Below, piece after piece: positions 29,587 through 39,079 of a stretch of 64,000 bases of DNA. A program made the translations under genes and the position numbers. Numbering within the stretch: the stretch's first letter is position 1; each line of letters opens with the position of its first letter. The notes under the pieces were generated by a model. That model was given only the letters and a program-made list of their open reading frames with translations. It was not told the origin of the DNA and made no database searches. Origin of the DNA: a virus (Duplodnaviria; Caudoviricetes); IMG/VR virus record IMGVR_UViG_3300020183_000042, positions 20,736 through 84,735 of that record, one strand, 5' to 3'.

Positions 29587-30024
29587 AATAATCAACCTCC
29601 AAATTAATCCAACCTTACTTCGCGGTTCAGTCACGCGACCGAATCACCCGCGTTGTATCATCATTCTATCACGGGTTATCGGCTTGTCAACCCCTTCAAC
29701 TTGAATTTTTCAGTCAGCACCAACCAGTTCATTGTCTTTTTTGTCGCTAAAAAACGACAGAGCATCTGTTAAAATTTCATTATGAATTTCCAGATTATTA
29801 ATGATAGCATTGGCTTGTTCTAGTGCTTTGGTTAGATGATAAACTTTATTAGCAAGTTCATCGGCCACATAGTTTTTCATAATCATGGTAGCCTCCTTTA
29901 TTTAGGGACAGTATTAATTACACTTTTTCTTTTTCTTTTTAAATATTCTGTGCCAATTCTTATCCCATATTTTTTGGTCAATATTGCGTGGTCGTCTTTT
30001 ACTCCCTTTACTATTCTGGCTGAT

Positions 30025-30729
30025 TTAATCCTCCAGCACAAAACTCCAGTAGCGACTATCGTTCTTCTTTTGTAGAGCGTCCCAATAAATTGATCGTGCA
30101 ATATATGATGGTATCTTGTTTTTTCCACAATTAATCATCCAATGACGCTCCATCTTTTTATACGAGTCCGTACCACTTCTACTCTTATTGTACTTGAGAT
30201 GTTCCATATCGTAAAGTCGAAGTTGATGAATATCTCCACACAATACTCTTGCCTCATTGGGATGGATCATTTCCAAAGCAAAACTAACTTTTGCTAACCC
30301 GATCCCATTAATTTTACTAACAATAGTATCACGCTTCTTAACATGACCCTTTTGAGTGGTAAAATAAAAATCTTTAGGATTGGCCCAAAACTTTGTGGCA
30401 AAATCCCAAATATATTTTGTACGATTGTTATGAAGTCCAACTCCGCTTTTGTGAAGTTTATCTCTCAAGATATTCTCATCACTAATCCACTCATCAAAGT
30501 TCTTGATAGCATTATAGCCAGAGCAATTACCTTTCCAAGTAGTATGAACAGAACAGTAAGCAAAGAGATAACGCCTAAAAATATCAGAGGTATTCTGTGG
30601 GCGTACACTTTCCCAATATTCCTTGTATGCTACAATCTTTTCTCTCTGAAATGTGGCGAAGAAAATATCTGCCTTAGTCCTATCAAGAGTAGTATTCTGA
30701 ACTGGAATTACTGTGTTCTCAACAATCAT
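30025..30729 (-). CDS. HhH DNA glycosylase-like (Ogg/8-oxoG family)
   Basis: GL.NNRTKYI, R..IV..I.GIGLAK.SF..E, D.H motifs; GGAGG RBS. Confidence 0.65.
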   Translation of the reverse strand: MIVENTVIPVQNTTLDRTKADIFFATFQREKIVAYKEYWESVRPQNTSDIFRRYLFAYCSVHTTWKGNCSGYNAIKNFDEWISDENILRDKLHKSGVGLHNNRTKYIWDFATKFWANPKDFYFTTQKGHVKKRDTIVSKINGIGLAKVSFALEMIHPNEARVLCGDIHQLRLYDMEHLKYNKSRSGTDSYKKMERHWMINCGKNKIPSYIARSIYWDALQKKNDSRYWSFVLED

Positions 30730-30782
30730 AGAGTCCTCCAATGTGTATTCTGCGATTTTACACTACGGATCAGCGTTGTCAA

Positions 30783-31439
30783 CTATCTACGAAAAAAACC
30801 TAAACTTTCCTCTAAGGACCAATCAACATTAGTATCTATAATATGTTTAATATTATCAGGAACATAATATGGATATTTATTTTCTAACACTGGTGCATCA
30901 CCAATATTTTTTAGATGAAATCTGTGCGAGATAATATTAATATAGGAATAATAGTTTTTTATGAGCATATCATATGAAAATAAGATATAGTTAGAAGCAA
31001 TAACAGGCATAATCTCATTGAGGTATCTATACTTAGTAGTCCTCATATCGAATATGTTTTTGTATCTTTTTTTTGTTATTGGATTTCTATCTGCTGGTAT
31101 TTCTCTAATTTCGATATCGGTAGAAAACCATTCACTTAATAAGAATGTTTCCCAGTTTACCATTCTGTGATGATGGATATGATGAGGCATATTAATCATA
31201 GCCATGATCCAGTCGTATGGATTTCTAACTATACCTATAAACAGGACATGTTTATCCTTATAAGAAATTGTTTCTGGTTTTGTCCATCCAAACCAGTGTT
31301 TATTACCGTAGAAATGAGTTCTAGTTAATCCAAATTTTTGAGTAAATATTTTCTCTGTGAGATTTGTTCCAGAGTGTCTTTCTCCATAAATTACAAACTT
31401 ATCAAGATATGATCTATACTCGGAACATATTTGTAACAT
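30783..31439 (-). CDS. Sulfotransferase-like protein
   Basis: GERHSGTN (5'-PSB-like), KH, VRNPYDW (3'-PB-like). Confidence 0.65.
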   Translation of the reverse strand: MLQICSEYRSYLDKFVIYGERHSGTNLTEKIFTQKFGLTRTHFYGNKHWFGWTKPETISYKDKHVLFIGIVRNPYDWIMAMINMPHHIHHHRMVNWETFLLSEWFSTDIEIREIPADRNPITKKRYKNIFDMRTTKYRYLNEIMPVIASNYILFSYDMLIKNYYSYINIISHRFHLKNIGDAPVLENKYPYYVPDNIKHIIDTNVDWSLEESLGFFRR

Positions 31440-31442
31440 TTG

Positions 31443-32762
31443 TCATATTTGTCTATTAGAACCATGTAGGATTTTAAATGTAGGAAATCTTAGACTGATA
31501 CCACCATCTTGGTTTTCTGTTTCTTCAAAATATTGAACAGTAATTGTCTTACCAAGAATATGTTTCGGGTGCTTGTAAAAGTTTTGACGTTGTTCAATAC
31601 TAAAGCCACTACCAACACGCACAGTATGTCCCTTATGATTAATAGTTACACAAGAAAGCATGGTTTCTTCATGTTCTTTACCGTTTAATACATATCGAAA
31701 TGGTCCCATTTCTGTGTCGATAACTTCGTACTCATCATCAAAAAATTTCTTAACCTTGAGCAAATCTTTGCTACGCTTTCCCTTATATGGTTCATCTGCT
31801 CGCAACATTACTCCTTCCCATCCTTTATCAGCGGCTTCTTTTACCCACTCTTGGAAATGCTCATCATTATGAATCAATTCTTGTTCAAGCACAGTCAGGA
31901 TTGGATATGACTGGTAATATTGCATAGCACCACAAATATCAGCATATCGAATAGAATAAGGTCTATTACTCTTACCCTTCTTACTATAAAACTCATCAGT
32001 AGTTATCGCATCAAAAATCTTAAAAGACGGATTAGGAATAGTATGATCCTTCTTACGCAGTTCCTTCATCACTCCCTGGAAATCCTCATTACCATCTTCA
32101 TCTACCAGACAAAGTTCGCCGTCCAAAACAATACTATTAAGACCAATAGCCTTAATACCATCTGCAACTACTTCTAGAGTATCGAATACTTTTCCTGTTC
32201 TTGAAAGGAATGTAACTTCTCCAGCCTCATCAACAATAGCGATACATCTGGCCCCATCAATCTTACGAGAGACATACCATCCATCATTCCAATCAACAAG
32301 TTTAGGCTCATACTTTTCTGCTAGAGCAACACTAAACTCTGGAATCCAATCTGGAATAGCCTTGTTGATAATTTTATCGCCAGCACGGGTTTTCAAATCT
32401 TTATCAATAACACAATGAATAAGTTCCTCATAATCACTGTGATGTTCGATAAAACTATTGACCGCAGCAATAGCATCGTGACCAGTAATCTTGCGATTCT
32501 TTAGATCTTCAAGGAGATCAAAAAAATTATTGTATTCATTTTTACGAGCCACAAGATGACTCTTTTTCTTTAGATTATCGCTAGTAACATTATATTGCCA
32601 AAGAGGATGATAGGTATACAGCAGAATCTTCTTGGCAAAATTTGCAGAAGCATTATTAAAGATACCACAGTTTATTTTGATAATATCTTCTTTTTCTTTC
32701 GTACTGCTAGTTGCCCTAAGAGCATTAACCATATTCTGAACATAATTAAAATCGTGAGTCAT
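31443..32762 (-). CDS. lig: ATP-dependent DNA ligase
   Basis: KIDGAR, LDGEL, FDA, EGVML, KRS..LLKVK, VGSGFS, LRFPTF. Confidence 0.93.
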   Translation of the reverse strand: MTHDFNYVQNMVNALRATSSTKEKEDIIKINCGIFNNASANFAKKILLYTYHPLWQYNVTSDNLKKKSHLVARKNEYNNFFDLLEDLKNRKITGHDAIAAVNSFIEHHSDYEELIHCVIDKDLKTRAGDKIINKAIPDWIPEFSVALAEKYEPKLVDWNDGWYVSRKIDGARCIAIVDEAGEVTFLSRTGKVFDTLEVVADGIKAIGLNSIVLDGELCLVDEDGNEDFQGVMKELRKKDHTIPNPSFKIFDAITTDEFYSKKGKSNRPYSIRYADICGAMQYYQSYPILTVLEQELIHNDEHFQEWVKEAADKGWEGVMLRADEPYKGKRSKDLLKVKKFFDDEYEVIDTEMGPFRYVLNGKEHEETMLSCVTINHKGHTVRVGSGFSIEQRQNFYKHPKHILGKTITVQYFEETENQDGGISLRFPTFKILHGSNRQI

Positions 32763-32818
32763 CCAAATAGTCTCCTGTGTTGCTACCCATTCTACACTAC
32801 TGTTATCGGCTTGTCAAG

Positions 32819-33169
32819 TCACCGTTCTTGAATTTTTCTTTTTGAAAGAAGATAATTCATAGCGTTGGTTATTCCTTCTAAACTATCGTCGAATTTTCCT
32901 AATCCCGTGTTGCAGCGGTCACACAACCATCCTCTAAAAGTATCATCACTATGATCGTGATCCATTGTCCATTTACGAGGAATCTTTTTGCAACATTCAC
33001 AAACTTCTGGTTTTGGTGGAGCCTTTTTATGTAGTTTGTTTCTTATCTTGGTTTGCTTTTTAATACAACTTCTACATCTACTATCCAGATTATCTTTATG
33101 AGAAATATGTTTGGGAAAACTTTTTAAGTTCTTCCTTTTCTTGCAGTAAAGACAAATTTTTCTGGGCAT
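32819..33169 (-). CDS. Endonuclease VII domain protein
   Basis: CECC, DHDH...RGWLC.RCN.GLG. Confidence 0.85.
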   Translation of the reverse strand: MPRKICLYCKKRKNLKSFPKHISHKDNLDSRCRSCIKKQTKIRNKLHKKAPPKPEVCECCKKIPRKWTMDHDHSDDTFRGWLCDRCNTGLGKFDDSLEGITNAMNYLLSKRKIQER

Positions 33170-33171
33170 AT

Positions 33172-33873
33172 TTAAGTGATAGAATCTTTATCCATCCTAT
33201 TATAAGCATCTGATCTTTCTTTATTAGATTCTCCAGAGGACAAATCAGTATGATCATAATCCATAATATCTGTGTCTGGAGTTACCCATCTCATGTTTCT
33301 TTCAGCGGTCCATAGTGTGCTGTTGTATTTGCGATGAATCACAAGGTCTTTTTTAATTGTGAATGATGGATCGTGCATAACCAATCTATTGTTTGGTTGA
33401 ATAGCAAAATTACCATTATCCATCATGATAAAATGACCACACTTATGTTGTGATGGAAATTCGCTCAGAGTAAAATCTGTATCCCCACTATCAGTAGAAC
33501 TTGCCCAATCAAGAGTGAACAAATATCGTCCAGTATATTCTACTCGTCGGCGTGAAATAAATTTGCAAGTATGATTTCGTAGTATAGGATACGAAGTTAC
33601 CGAAACATGATAACTAAAAGAATCCCACAACACTAACTCATCTAACTCTTGTTGTTCACTATCTTCTTTCCAACAAAAAGCATGAATGGGCATCCTCCAC
33701 CACAATCCACCATCCTCCATAATAAAATGGAATAATGGTGCTTGTGCTGGTATAGAAGTCATACCAAAAATATAACACGGAAACTTTTTGTCAAAAGAAT
33801 CCTCTTGATTGCGTAGAAAATTTCCACGCACATAACCACTAACAACAGGAATTGGAATGTTTAAGTATGCCAT
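33172..33873 (-). CDS. Conserved phage hypothetical protein
   Basis: MAYLN.., PIHAF, LWD.FSY, YLFTLDW, HKC, GNFA.QPNNR. Confidence 0.7.
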   Translation of the reverse strand: MAYLNIPIPVVSGYVRGNFLRNQEDSFDKKFPCYIFGMTSIPAQAPLFHFIMEDGGLWWRMPIHAFCWKEDSEQQELDELVLWDSFSYHVSVTSYPILRNHTCKFISRRRVEYTGRYLFTLDWASSTDSGDTDFTLSEFPSQHKCGHFIMMDNGNFAIQPNNRLVMHDPSFTIKKDLVIHRKYNSTLWTAERNMRWVTPDTDIMDYDHTDLSSGESNKERSDAYNRMDKDSIT

Positions 33874-33883
33874 ATTATTTTAG

Positions 33884-34237
33884 TGGATGCGGCGGCATCG
33901 AAGCCGCGTCCTAGCATAAATCAAATTACATCTTCTACAAGTTTATTTTGTTCATGAGTTAAATAGGAATACAGAACAAACAAGATTCATCCTATCTTAC
34001 CAACTGCTCTTAACCTACAACCCGTTGGATATTGTAAGTGCAGAGGGATTTAACATCAGACTTTTGATCGCTACCCTCATTCGCAACCGCAGTCTGTTAC
34101 TGCCCTTTTTTGTCAGGCAGCAAGTGCTAACTGATTATTGCCAGTTAAAGCATTTAGTAGACTTTTATAGTGGCCTGTCTACCAACCACTACTTGCTAAC
34201 ATAACTCTCCGTATGTAGTCGAAACCTTTACGCACCC
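33884..34237 (-). ncRNA. ssrA: tmRNA; tag (A)GNNQLALAA* at 34142..34113
   Basis: GGGTGCG/CGCATCC-A acceptor with G3-U70; 5' GGTTTCGAC; T arm GCGGC-TTCGAT-GCCGC; 354 nt; ALAA-ending tag. Confidence 0.92.
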
Positions 34238-34349
34238 GTATTGTTATTATACACTGTTGGTTTGAGAAGTCAATAGGCATAGAAAAATTTGCTTTTAGTC
34301 GAAAATGGTGTATGATACTTTATCAAGTTACAATGTATTGAGTTCGATT

Positions 34350-34859
34350 ATGAATCATTGTGTCAATTGTTCAAAAGAAACAAATAATCCTAAATTTTGT
34401 TGTAGATCATGCGGAGTATCGCATAATAATCGACTACAGCCTAAAAGGATGGCTAAAAAAAGATATTTCAAATGTTTGTGTTGTAAAAAACAAACCGAGT
34501 TTTATACTAATAATCCTAGAAAATATTGTTCAAAAAAATGTCAAATCAAACATAAAAGAGAAAAATCAGATAATATTATAGAAAAACAAGGCTTCGGTAA
34601 TGGTTACTACCACAATGTAAGAATTAGAAAATACTTTATACGCAAGTATGGTAACAATTGTATGATCTGTGGGCAGTCTGGAGATAACTGGAATGGAAAA
34701 CCTATAACTCTTATTGTGGATCACATAGATGGGAAATCTAATAATAATAAATTAGATAACCTGCGTATTGTTTGTCCTAACTGTGATTGTCAATTACCAA
34801 CGTACAAAGCCAAAAATAAAGGTAATAGCACCAGACAATATTTTATAGTTCAGAAATAG
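34350..34859 (+). CDS. HNH homing-type endonuclease with N-terminal Zn-ribbon repeats
   Basis: KFCCRSC, KYCS..C, C.ICG, VDHIDG...NN...NLR..CPNC; inserted opposite-strand between tmRNA and tRNA-Ile. Confidence 0.85.
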   Translation: MNHCVNCSKETNNPKFCCRSCGVSHNNRLQPKRMAKKRYFKCLCCKKQTEFYTNNPRKYCSKKCQIKHKREKSDNIIEKQGFGNGYYHNVRIRKYFIRKYGNNCMICGQSGDNWNGKPITLIVDHIDGKSNNNKLDNLRIVCPNCDCQLPTYKAKNKGNSTRQYFIVQK

Positions 34860-34929
34860 GGCCGGGTAGAATCGAACCACCTTGACGAATTTATAAGATT
34901 CGCATCTTAGACCATTAGATGACGGCCCC
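34857..34929 (-). tRNA. tRNA-Ile(TAT)
   Basis: GGGGCCG/CGGCCCT; CGAAT-CTTATAA-ATTCG; GGTTCGATTC. Confidence 0.88.
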
Positions 34930-34984
34930 ATATTGTAAAAGATCAACCACCGACCAATACATTATACACTATCGACCACCACTG

Positions 34985-35326
34985 TCAACCCTTGAGTCTA
35001 AAATCCCAAATTTTCAAGTTGTATTCTTTGGCTAAATCAAACATCATCTGAGTTCCTTTTCCTCCAGTGAATAAAACGCAACCATCAGCATATTCTGCCA
35101 TTTGTTTGTTTCGTAAGTATCCTGCTTTTTTACCATAGGTTTTCCAATCAGCAGGAAAAATTTTAATTGGAATATTATTTTTTCTAGCCCATAATTCTCC
35201 ACAAGAGTCAACCCCTCTTGCTGCTCCACTAACTACTTGAGAAATGTTGCTTGATAGTTCATCTAACTTTAGTATATCTTCGTCGTTCAAATAGTAATCT
35301 CTCCCTCCAGCAATAATAGTTTTCAT
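34985..35326 (-). CDS. SLOG/YspA-like (DUF2493) protein
   Basis: IIAGGRD, VVSG.ARGVD, ADW..YGK.AG..RN..MA. Confidence 0.8.
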   Translation of the reverse strand: MKTIIAGGRDYYLNDEDILKLDELSSNISQVVSGAARGVDSCGELWARKNNIPIKIFPADWKTYGKKAGYLRNKQMAEYADGCVLFTGGKGTQMMFDLAKEYNLKIWDFRLKG

Positions 35327-35865
35327 TTTGTAGACTCCATAAAATTTCTATACATAGCCATAACGATTCCACTAGTAGTTCCCACATTTAATGAACGAAC
35401 ACTACCATAATTGGGTATGGTAAGAATAACATTGGCACGATTCAGAATAAGGTTACTCAATCCTTTGTTTTCCTCTCCAAAAATAAACATTGGTTGACTA
35501 ATATGGGTATTAGGATTAAATTTATAATCAAAGAGATTAATTGTCTTATCAGCATACTCTGGAATATTGTTCTCTATTGCAATAAGAGTTCGTCCAGAAC
35601 ATTGAAGAAGAAAAAATTCTTCATTCTTATGATGGTAAATAGGAGTATAGTGATGCGTTCCAACACTACCCCTTTTATCCCACTTCTTTTTACCAACATA
35701 ATGAACACTACGAAATCCAAAAAAGTTTGCATTACGAATCATTGTGCTAAGATTAAAGTCTCCGCCGATATTTACCATAGCAACACTTGCGATAATGCTT
35801 TTACTATGACAATAGTTCGCAATATCTGGTACACTCAAATCTTTAAGATTGTCGATTACGTTCAT
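35323..35865 (-). CDS. SpoU/TrmH family RNA methyltransferase
   Basis: N...IRNA..FG, IFGEE..GL, IP.YGSVRSLNV. Confidence 0.88.
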   Translation of the reverse strand: MNVIDNLKDLSVPDIANYCHSKSIIASVAMVNIGGDFNLSTMIRNANFFGFRSVHYVGKKKWDKRGSVGTHHYTPIYHHKNEEFFLLQCSGRTLIAIENNIPEYADKTINLFDYKFNPNTHISQPMFIFGEENKGLSNLILNRANVILTIPNYGSVRSLNVGTTSGIVMAMYRNFMESTK

Positions 35866-36025
35866 TTTCCAAATCTCTTAGTTGTTGTTCCAAAGTTTTA
35901 AGTTGATTATACAGAGAAACACAGTTGGTACAGAAATCTGAACTAATGTACTCTCTAGTATCAGCAATCTTGTTCTTTATTGCCCATATCTTTTCGTCTA
36001 GACTTAGGTTTGGATCGTTTAGCAT
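35843..36025 (-). CDS. Hypothetical protein (CxxC)
   Basis: Short ORF in operon; overlaps both neighbours. Confidence 0.45.
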   Translation of the reverse strand: MLNDPNLSLDEKIWAIKNKIADTREYISSDFCTNCVSLYNQLKTLEQQLRDLENERNRQS

Positions 36026-36395
36026 TTGGCTTTTTCTCTTTCTTAGTCTTTTTATCTTTGGCCCAAAACACCATGTCGTTCAAATCATTATCCCAGGCAC
36101 ATTCAATAAGGTCTTGACCAGCCAATTTTGCTAAACCAACATTATGAATCCAGACAGTAACATCTTCGTAAATGCTTTCATTAATAGTTTCATCAAGAAT
36201 TGGTCGATCCATATCATCATATCCAATGCACTTTTGCTTGACCAAATTGATAACTTGACCAACTGAAACATAATTATCAAGATCATTCGATGGAGCATCA
36301 GAGAGAGTTTTTGCTGCTGCATTTATTATTTCTTGAGCATATCCATCCAAATTACTAATCGCATAAACTTCTGGTTTTGACATTGTATTCTCCAA
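35961..36395 (-). CDS. Hypothetical protein, paralog-like to 22232..22630
   Basis: Shared C-terminal A(W/Y)D...ND.VFW motif. Confidence 0.65.
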   Translation of the reverse strand: MENTMSKPEVYAISNLDGYAQEIINAAAKTLSDAPSNDLDNYVSVGQVINLVKQKCIGYDDMDRPILDETINESIYEDVTVWIHNVGLAKLAGQDLIECAWDNDLNDMVFWAKDKKTKKEKKPNAKRSKPKSRRKDMGNKEQDC

Positions 36396-36656
36396 TTATT
36401 GAATAAATTTAGATACACCACCGCCACTATGATTCTTGTCTCTAATTCGGTCAATAGTGTTTTGTAAAGTTAATCGTCCTCTAGGAAGCCACTTGGTATC
36501 ATTATACAGAGCAGTTACGATCTGAGGAATCCAATGTTGATAAGCATCAGAATATTCTTTGGGAAAATTCTCTTTCAACAGAGTTTGCATAGCCTGAATA
36601 TCTTTGCTAATATTCTCTCGTAAATCAAGCAGAATATTAATCTGTTCGGTATTCAT
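36396..36656 (-). CDS. Hypothetical protein
   Basis: TAATG coupling. Confidence 0.6.
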   Translation of the reverse strand: MNTEQINILLDLRENISKDIQAMQTLLKENFPKEYSDAYQHWIPQIVTALYNDTKWLPRGRLTLQNTIDRIRDKNHSGGGVSKFIQ

Positions 36657-37078
36657 TATGCAAATTCTCGGTTGGACACAACCTCTTTCCTCTTGAGTTT
36701 AAGAATTTTGTGCTTAGTTTTATAGATACCAGTATCTTGATTTTGGTAATCTGGCCCCATATAAATGTGTGCAAACCCAGCGTTCTTATCAAGACCCCAT
36801 GCTTGAATACCTTTATCGTCAACTTTCTCAACCACAAACTTTCCTCTGTATCCCATAGGGATTAACTCTCCCTCATGAATATAATATGGGCCTCCACCAA
36901 CCTTAACTTTATCTCCCTTTTGAAGTTGACTCCAATGAAAGTTAGAGTCGGCTTTCATGGTGCGTTTTTCGGTATTAGTTACCTTGAAAGAAAAGATATG
37001 ATTACAATTCTTGCAAACATAGGCTCGCGGACCAGTAAGATTTCCGCAATCTGGACAAGTTTTTTTGCCTTTTGGCAT
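36656..37078 (-). CDS. Zn-ribbon + SH3-like hypothetical protein
   Basis: KTCPDCG...CKNCNH.F; own promoter and GGAG RBS. Confidence 0.7.
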   Translation of the reverse strand: MPKGKKTCPDCGNLTGPRAYVCKNCNHIFSFKVTNTEKRTMKADSNFHWSQLQKGDKVKVGGGPYYIHEGELIPMGYRGKFVVEKVDDKGIQAWGLDKNAGFAHIYMGPDYQNQDTGIYKTKHKILKLKRKEVVSNREFA

Positions 37079-37131
37079 CGTGTTTCTCCGTTGTTAGTGA
37101 TAACCCAAGTATACCACAGTTATCGGAGTTG

Positions 37132-37365
37132 TCAAGAAGGATTCTTTAGACCATCTACGATTGTGAGTTTACCCGGTTCATAGCGAGCAAAATAACTATT
37201 ATGAATTTTTCGTTTGATTAAATTGTCTTGATAGATTTCAGTATAAACATTAATACGATATCTATTATCCCATACATTAATAATCTTGGTCATTAGATGA
37301 TTCTTAGGTTTTTCAACTTGTTTAAAAAGTAAACTCTCAATTTCAAGATCCATTATTGTCTCCAA
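37132..37365 (-). CDS. Hypothetical protein
   Basis: NVWDNRYRINVY motif. Confidence 0.6.
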   Translation of the reverse strand: METIMDLEIESLLFKQVEKPKNHLMTKIINVWDNRYRINVYTEIYQDNLIKRKIHNSYFARYEPGKLTIVDGLKNPS

Positions 37366-37546
37366 CTAATGTATCAATATCCAAAACGATTCTATTATTA
37401 TGATGCTCTATCATTAGGTCTGCCACATAATATTGTCCTAAATTTCTATCATATATTGTAACTTCTTTTTGCCAATTGAAACTACCAAGATTTTTAATAT
37501 CGTTTGCTCGTTCATTTAGAAATTGAAAAAGATCAATCCATTTCAT
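37343..37546 (-). CDS. Hypothetical protein
   Basis: ATGA coupling. Confidence 0.55.
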   Translation of the reverse strand: MKWIDLFQFLNERANDIKNLGSFNWQKEVTIYDRNLGQYYVADLMIEHHNNRIVLDIDTLVGDNNGS

Positions 37547-37761
37547 CTTGCTCTCCTATTTGCTCGATCAAGTTTGCGAATAGTCTCAGCAGCATTAGCA
37601 GGAACCATCACAAGACTAGGGGCAGTTTTGTGTCCCCAATCCATAAAGCCAATCGCTCTAGTTTCTCTAGAACAAATAATGCAAACCAGGGTTCTCCCCG
37701 TGTCATTAAGAAACTCTAATCTCGATTCTGGAATCGCACTATCACAATAAATACAATTCAT
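37543..37761 (-). CDS. TraR/DksA C4 zinc-finger protein
   Basis: C..C...IP..RLE......C..C pattern; GGAGG RBS; own promoter. Confidence 0.7.
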   Translation of the reverse strand: MNCIYCDSAIPESRLEFLNDTGRTLVCIICSRETRAIGFMDWGHKTAPSLVMVPANAAETIRKLDRANRRAR

Positions 37762-37829
37762 AGGTATCCTCCGTTGGATGGATTATACCATAGTATCGTC
37801 CGTTGTCAAGCGAACCTTTAAGGAAAGCA

Positions 37830-38378
37830 TCACTGTAAACTATTATAGACAGATAAAAATTTATCTATAAATACTGTGTGCATAGATTGTTTATAACACT
37901 GTTCAGCAAATATACCATCAGCATATCTTATTGGTAATTTCCATTCCAAATTTTTGCAAATTTCATAAGATACTAAAAAATTATGACTATCAATATAATC
38001 AAGTTTAATTTGTTTTGATAATAACCTTACAGTACCGTCTTTCCATAATTGTTTAAACCATATGAAATCATATTTTTCTAAATCATAAATATTTTCCCAT
38101 AGTTTTGGATGAATAATTGTATCGTCATCATTAAAATAAACGTGTCCATATTCGACTTTTGACAATCCATAATTTCTTTGAGCATTACCATAAACACTAT
38201 TTTTATTTGTTGTGTAAAAAATATCAGTATTTTTTGATATTTTTGATATTTTTGTATGTATCTTACTTGTATCTACAATAATAATCCAACGATAGTTCTT
38301 GGATGGAATATTAATACTATCAGCAATTTTAGATAGATTATCTGGTCTAGAACAAGGAGTTATGATATTAAGAAACAT
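37830..38378 (-). CDS. Glycosyltransferase family 2-like
   Basis: IITPC.R, G.AQRN.GL, F.DDD, ADG.F. Confidence 0.7.
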   Translation of the reverse strand: MFLNIITPCSRPDNLSKIADSINIPSKNYRWIIIVDTSKIHTKISKISKNTDIFYTTNKNSVYGNAQRNYGLSKVEYGHVYFNDDDTIIHPKLWENIYDLEKYDFIWFKQLWKDGTVRLLSKQIKLDYIDSHNFLVSYEICKNLEWKLPIRYADGIFAEQCYKQSMHTVFIDKFLSVYNSLQ

Positions 38379-38380
38379 AA

Positions 38381-38788
38381 TTATAATCTAGTAAAAGAAC
38401 CATCATCATTACTATGATAACAAGAATTTAAACCAACAGCATTTAATAGTTTATTACAATTTTCGCACGGTTTACTTCCGAGAATTAATCCTTTCCTGTT
38501 GATACGCAGTACCACAATATTCCAATTAGGATCAATGGTATTATAACTATCCAACAGATTACTAATAAGATGGCTTTCAGCATGAACAAACGGATACTCA
38601 ATATACTTAGCCAAATTAAATTGTTCACCAATTCTGTGTGCCTTGGCATTGGTTTTAATTGGGTTGTTTTGGGTGAAACAAATCATCTTATTGCCATCAA
38701 ATGCGGCAGCATAATGATAGCATCTAATCAGTTTGCTCGGTTTCCAACTTTTGTATGCTTTGCGAATTGTTTTGGTTATTATTTTCAT
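38381..38788 (-). CDS. Cytidine/deoxycytidylate deaminase-fold protein
   Basis: HAE...SKPCENC Zn-binding motifs. Confidence 0.8.
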   Translation of the reverse strand: MKIITKTIRKAYKSWKPSKLIRCYHYAAAFDGNKMICFTQNNPIKTNAKAHRIGEQFNLAKYIEYPFVHAESHLISNLLDSYNTIDPNWNIVVLRINRKGLILGSKPCENCNKLLNAVGLNSCYHSNDDGSFTRL

Positions 38789-38936
38789 TTGATATTTTAC
38801 TTGCTAGAACAATACCACACCCAGAAGATTCTATTACTTCATAGTCTATTGATTTTAGTGGTATTTTTATAGGTTCTTTTGATCTTGGATTATCGGTAAG
38901 TGGTATTTTAGTTGGCTCAATTATTTTATTCCTCAT
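38724..38936 (-). CDS. Hypothetical protein
   Basis: ATGA-coupled to upstream micro-ORF. Confidence 0.45.
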   Translation of the reverse strand: MRNKIIEPTKIPLTDNPRSKEPIKIPLKSIDYEVIESSGCGIVLASKISNENNNQNNSQSIQKLETEQTD

Positions 38937-39079
38937 TTATTTGCTAACATATATAATCCCACATTAGCAAAGGAGTAACCAATATAAGTGATAAGCATAC
39001 CAGTATTGCCCTTGTAGCCTTGCTCTAAAGCCACATAAAGATAAATTGCTCCAGTAAATGCTATTAACCAAGCACTCAT
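38933..39079 (-). CDS. 48-aa membrane protein MSAWLIAFTG...GYSFANVGL
   Basis: Hand-translated; ATGA overlaps at both ends. Confidence 0.65.
   Translation of the reverse strand: MSAWLIAFTGAIYLYVALEQGYKGNTGMLITYIGYSFANVGLYMLANK

Noticed and set aside
29898-30128. 76-aa ORF overlapping the glycosylase gene
   Set aside because: About 100-nt overlap and no clear start or RBS; at most a shorter basic peptide
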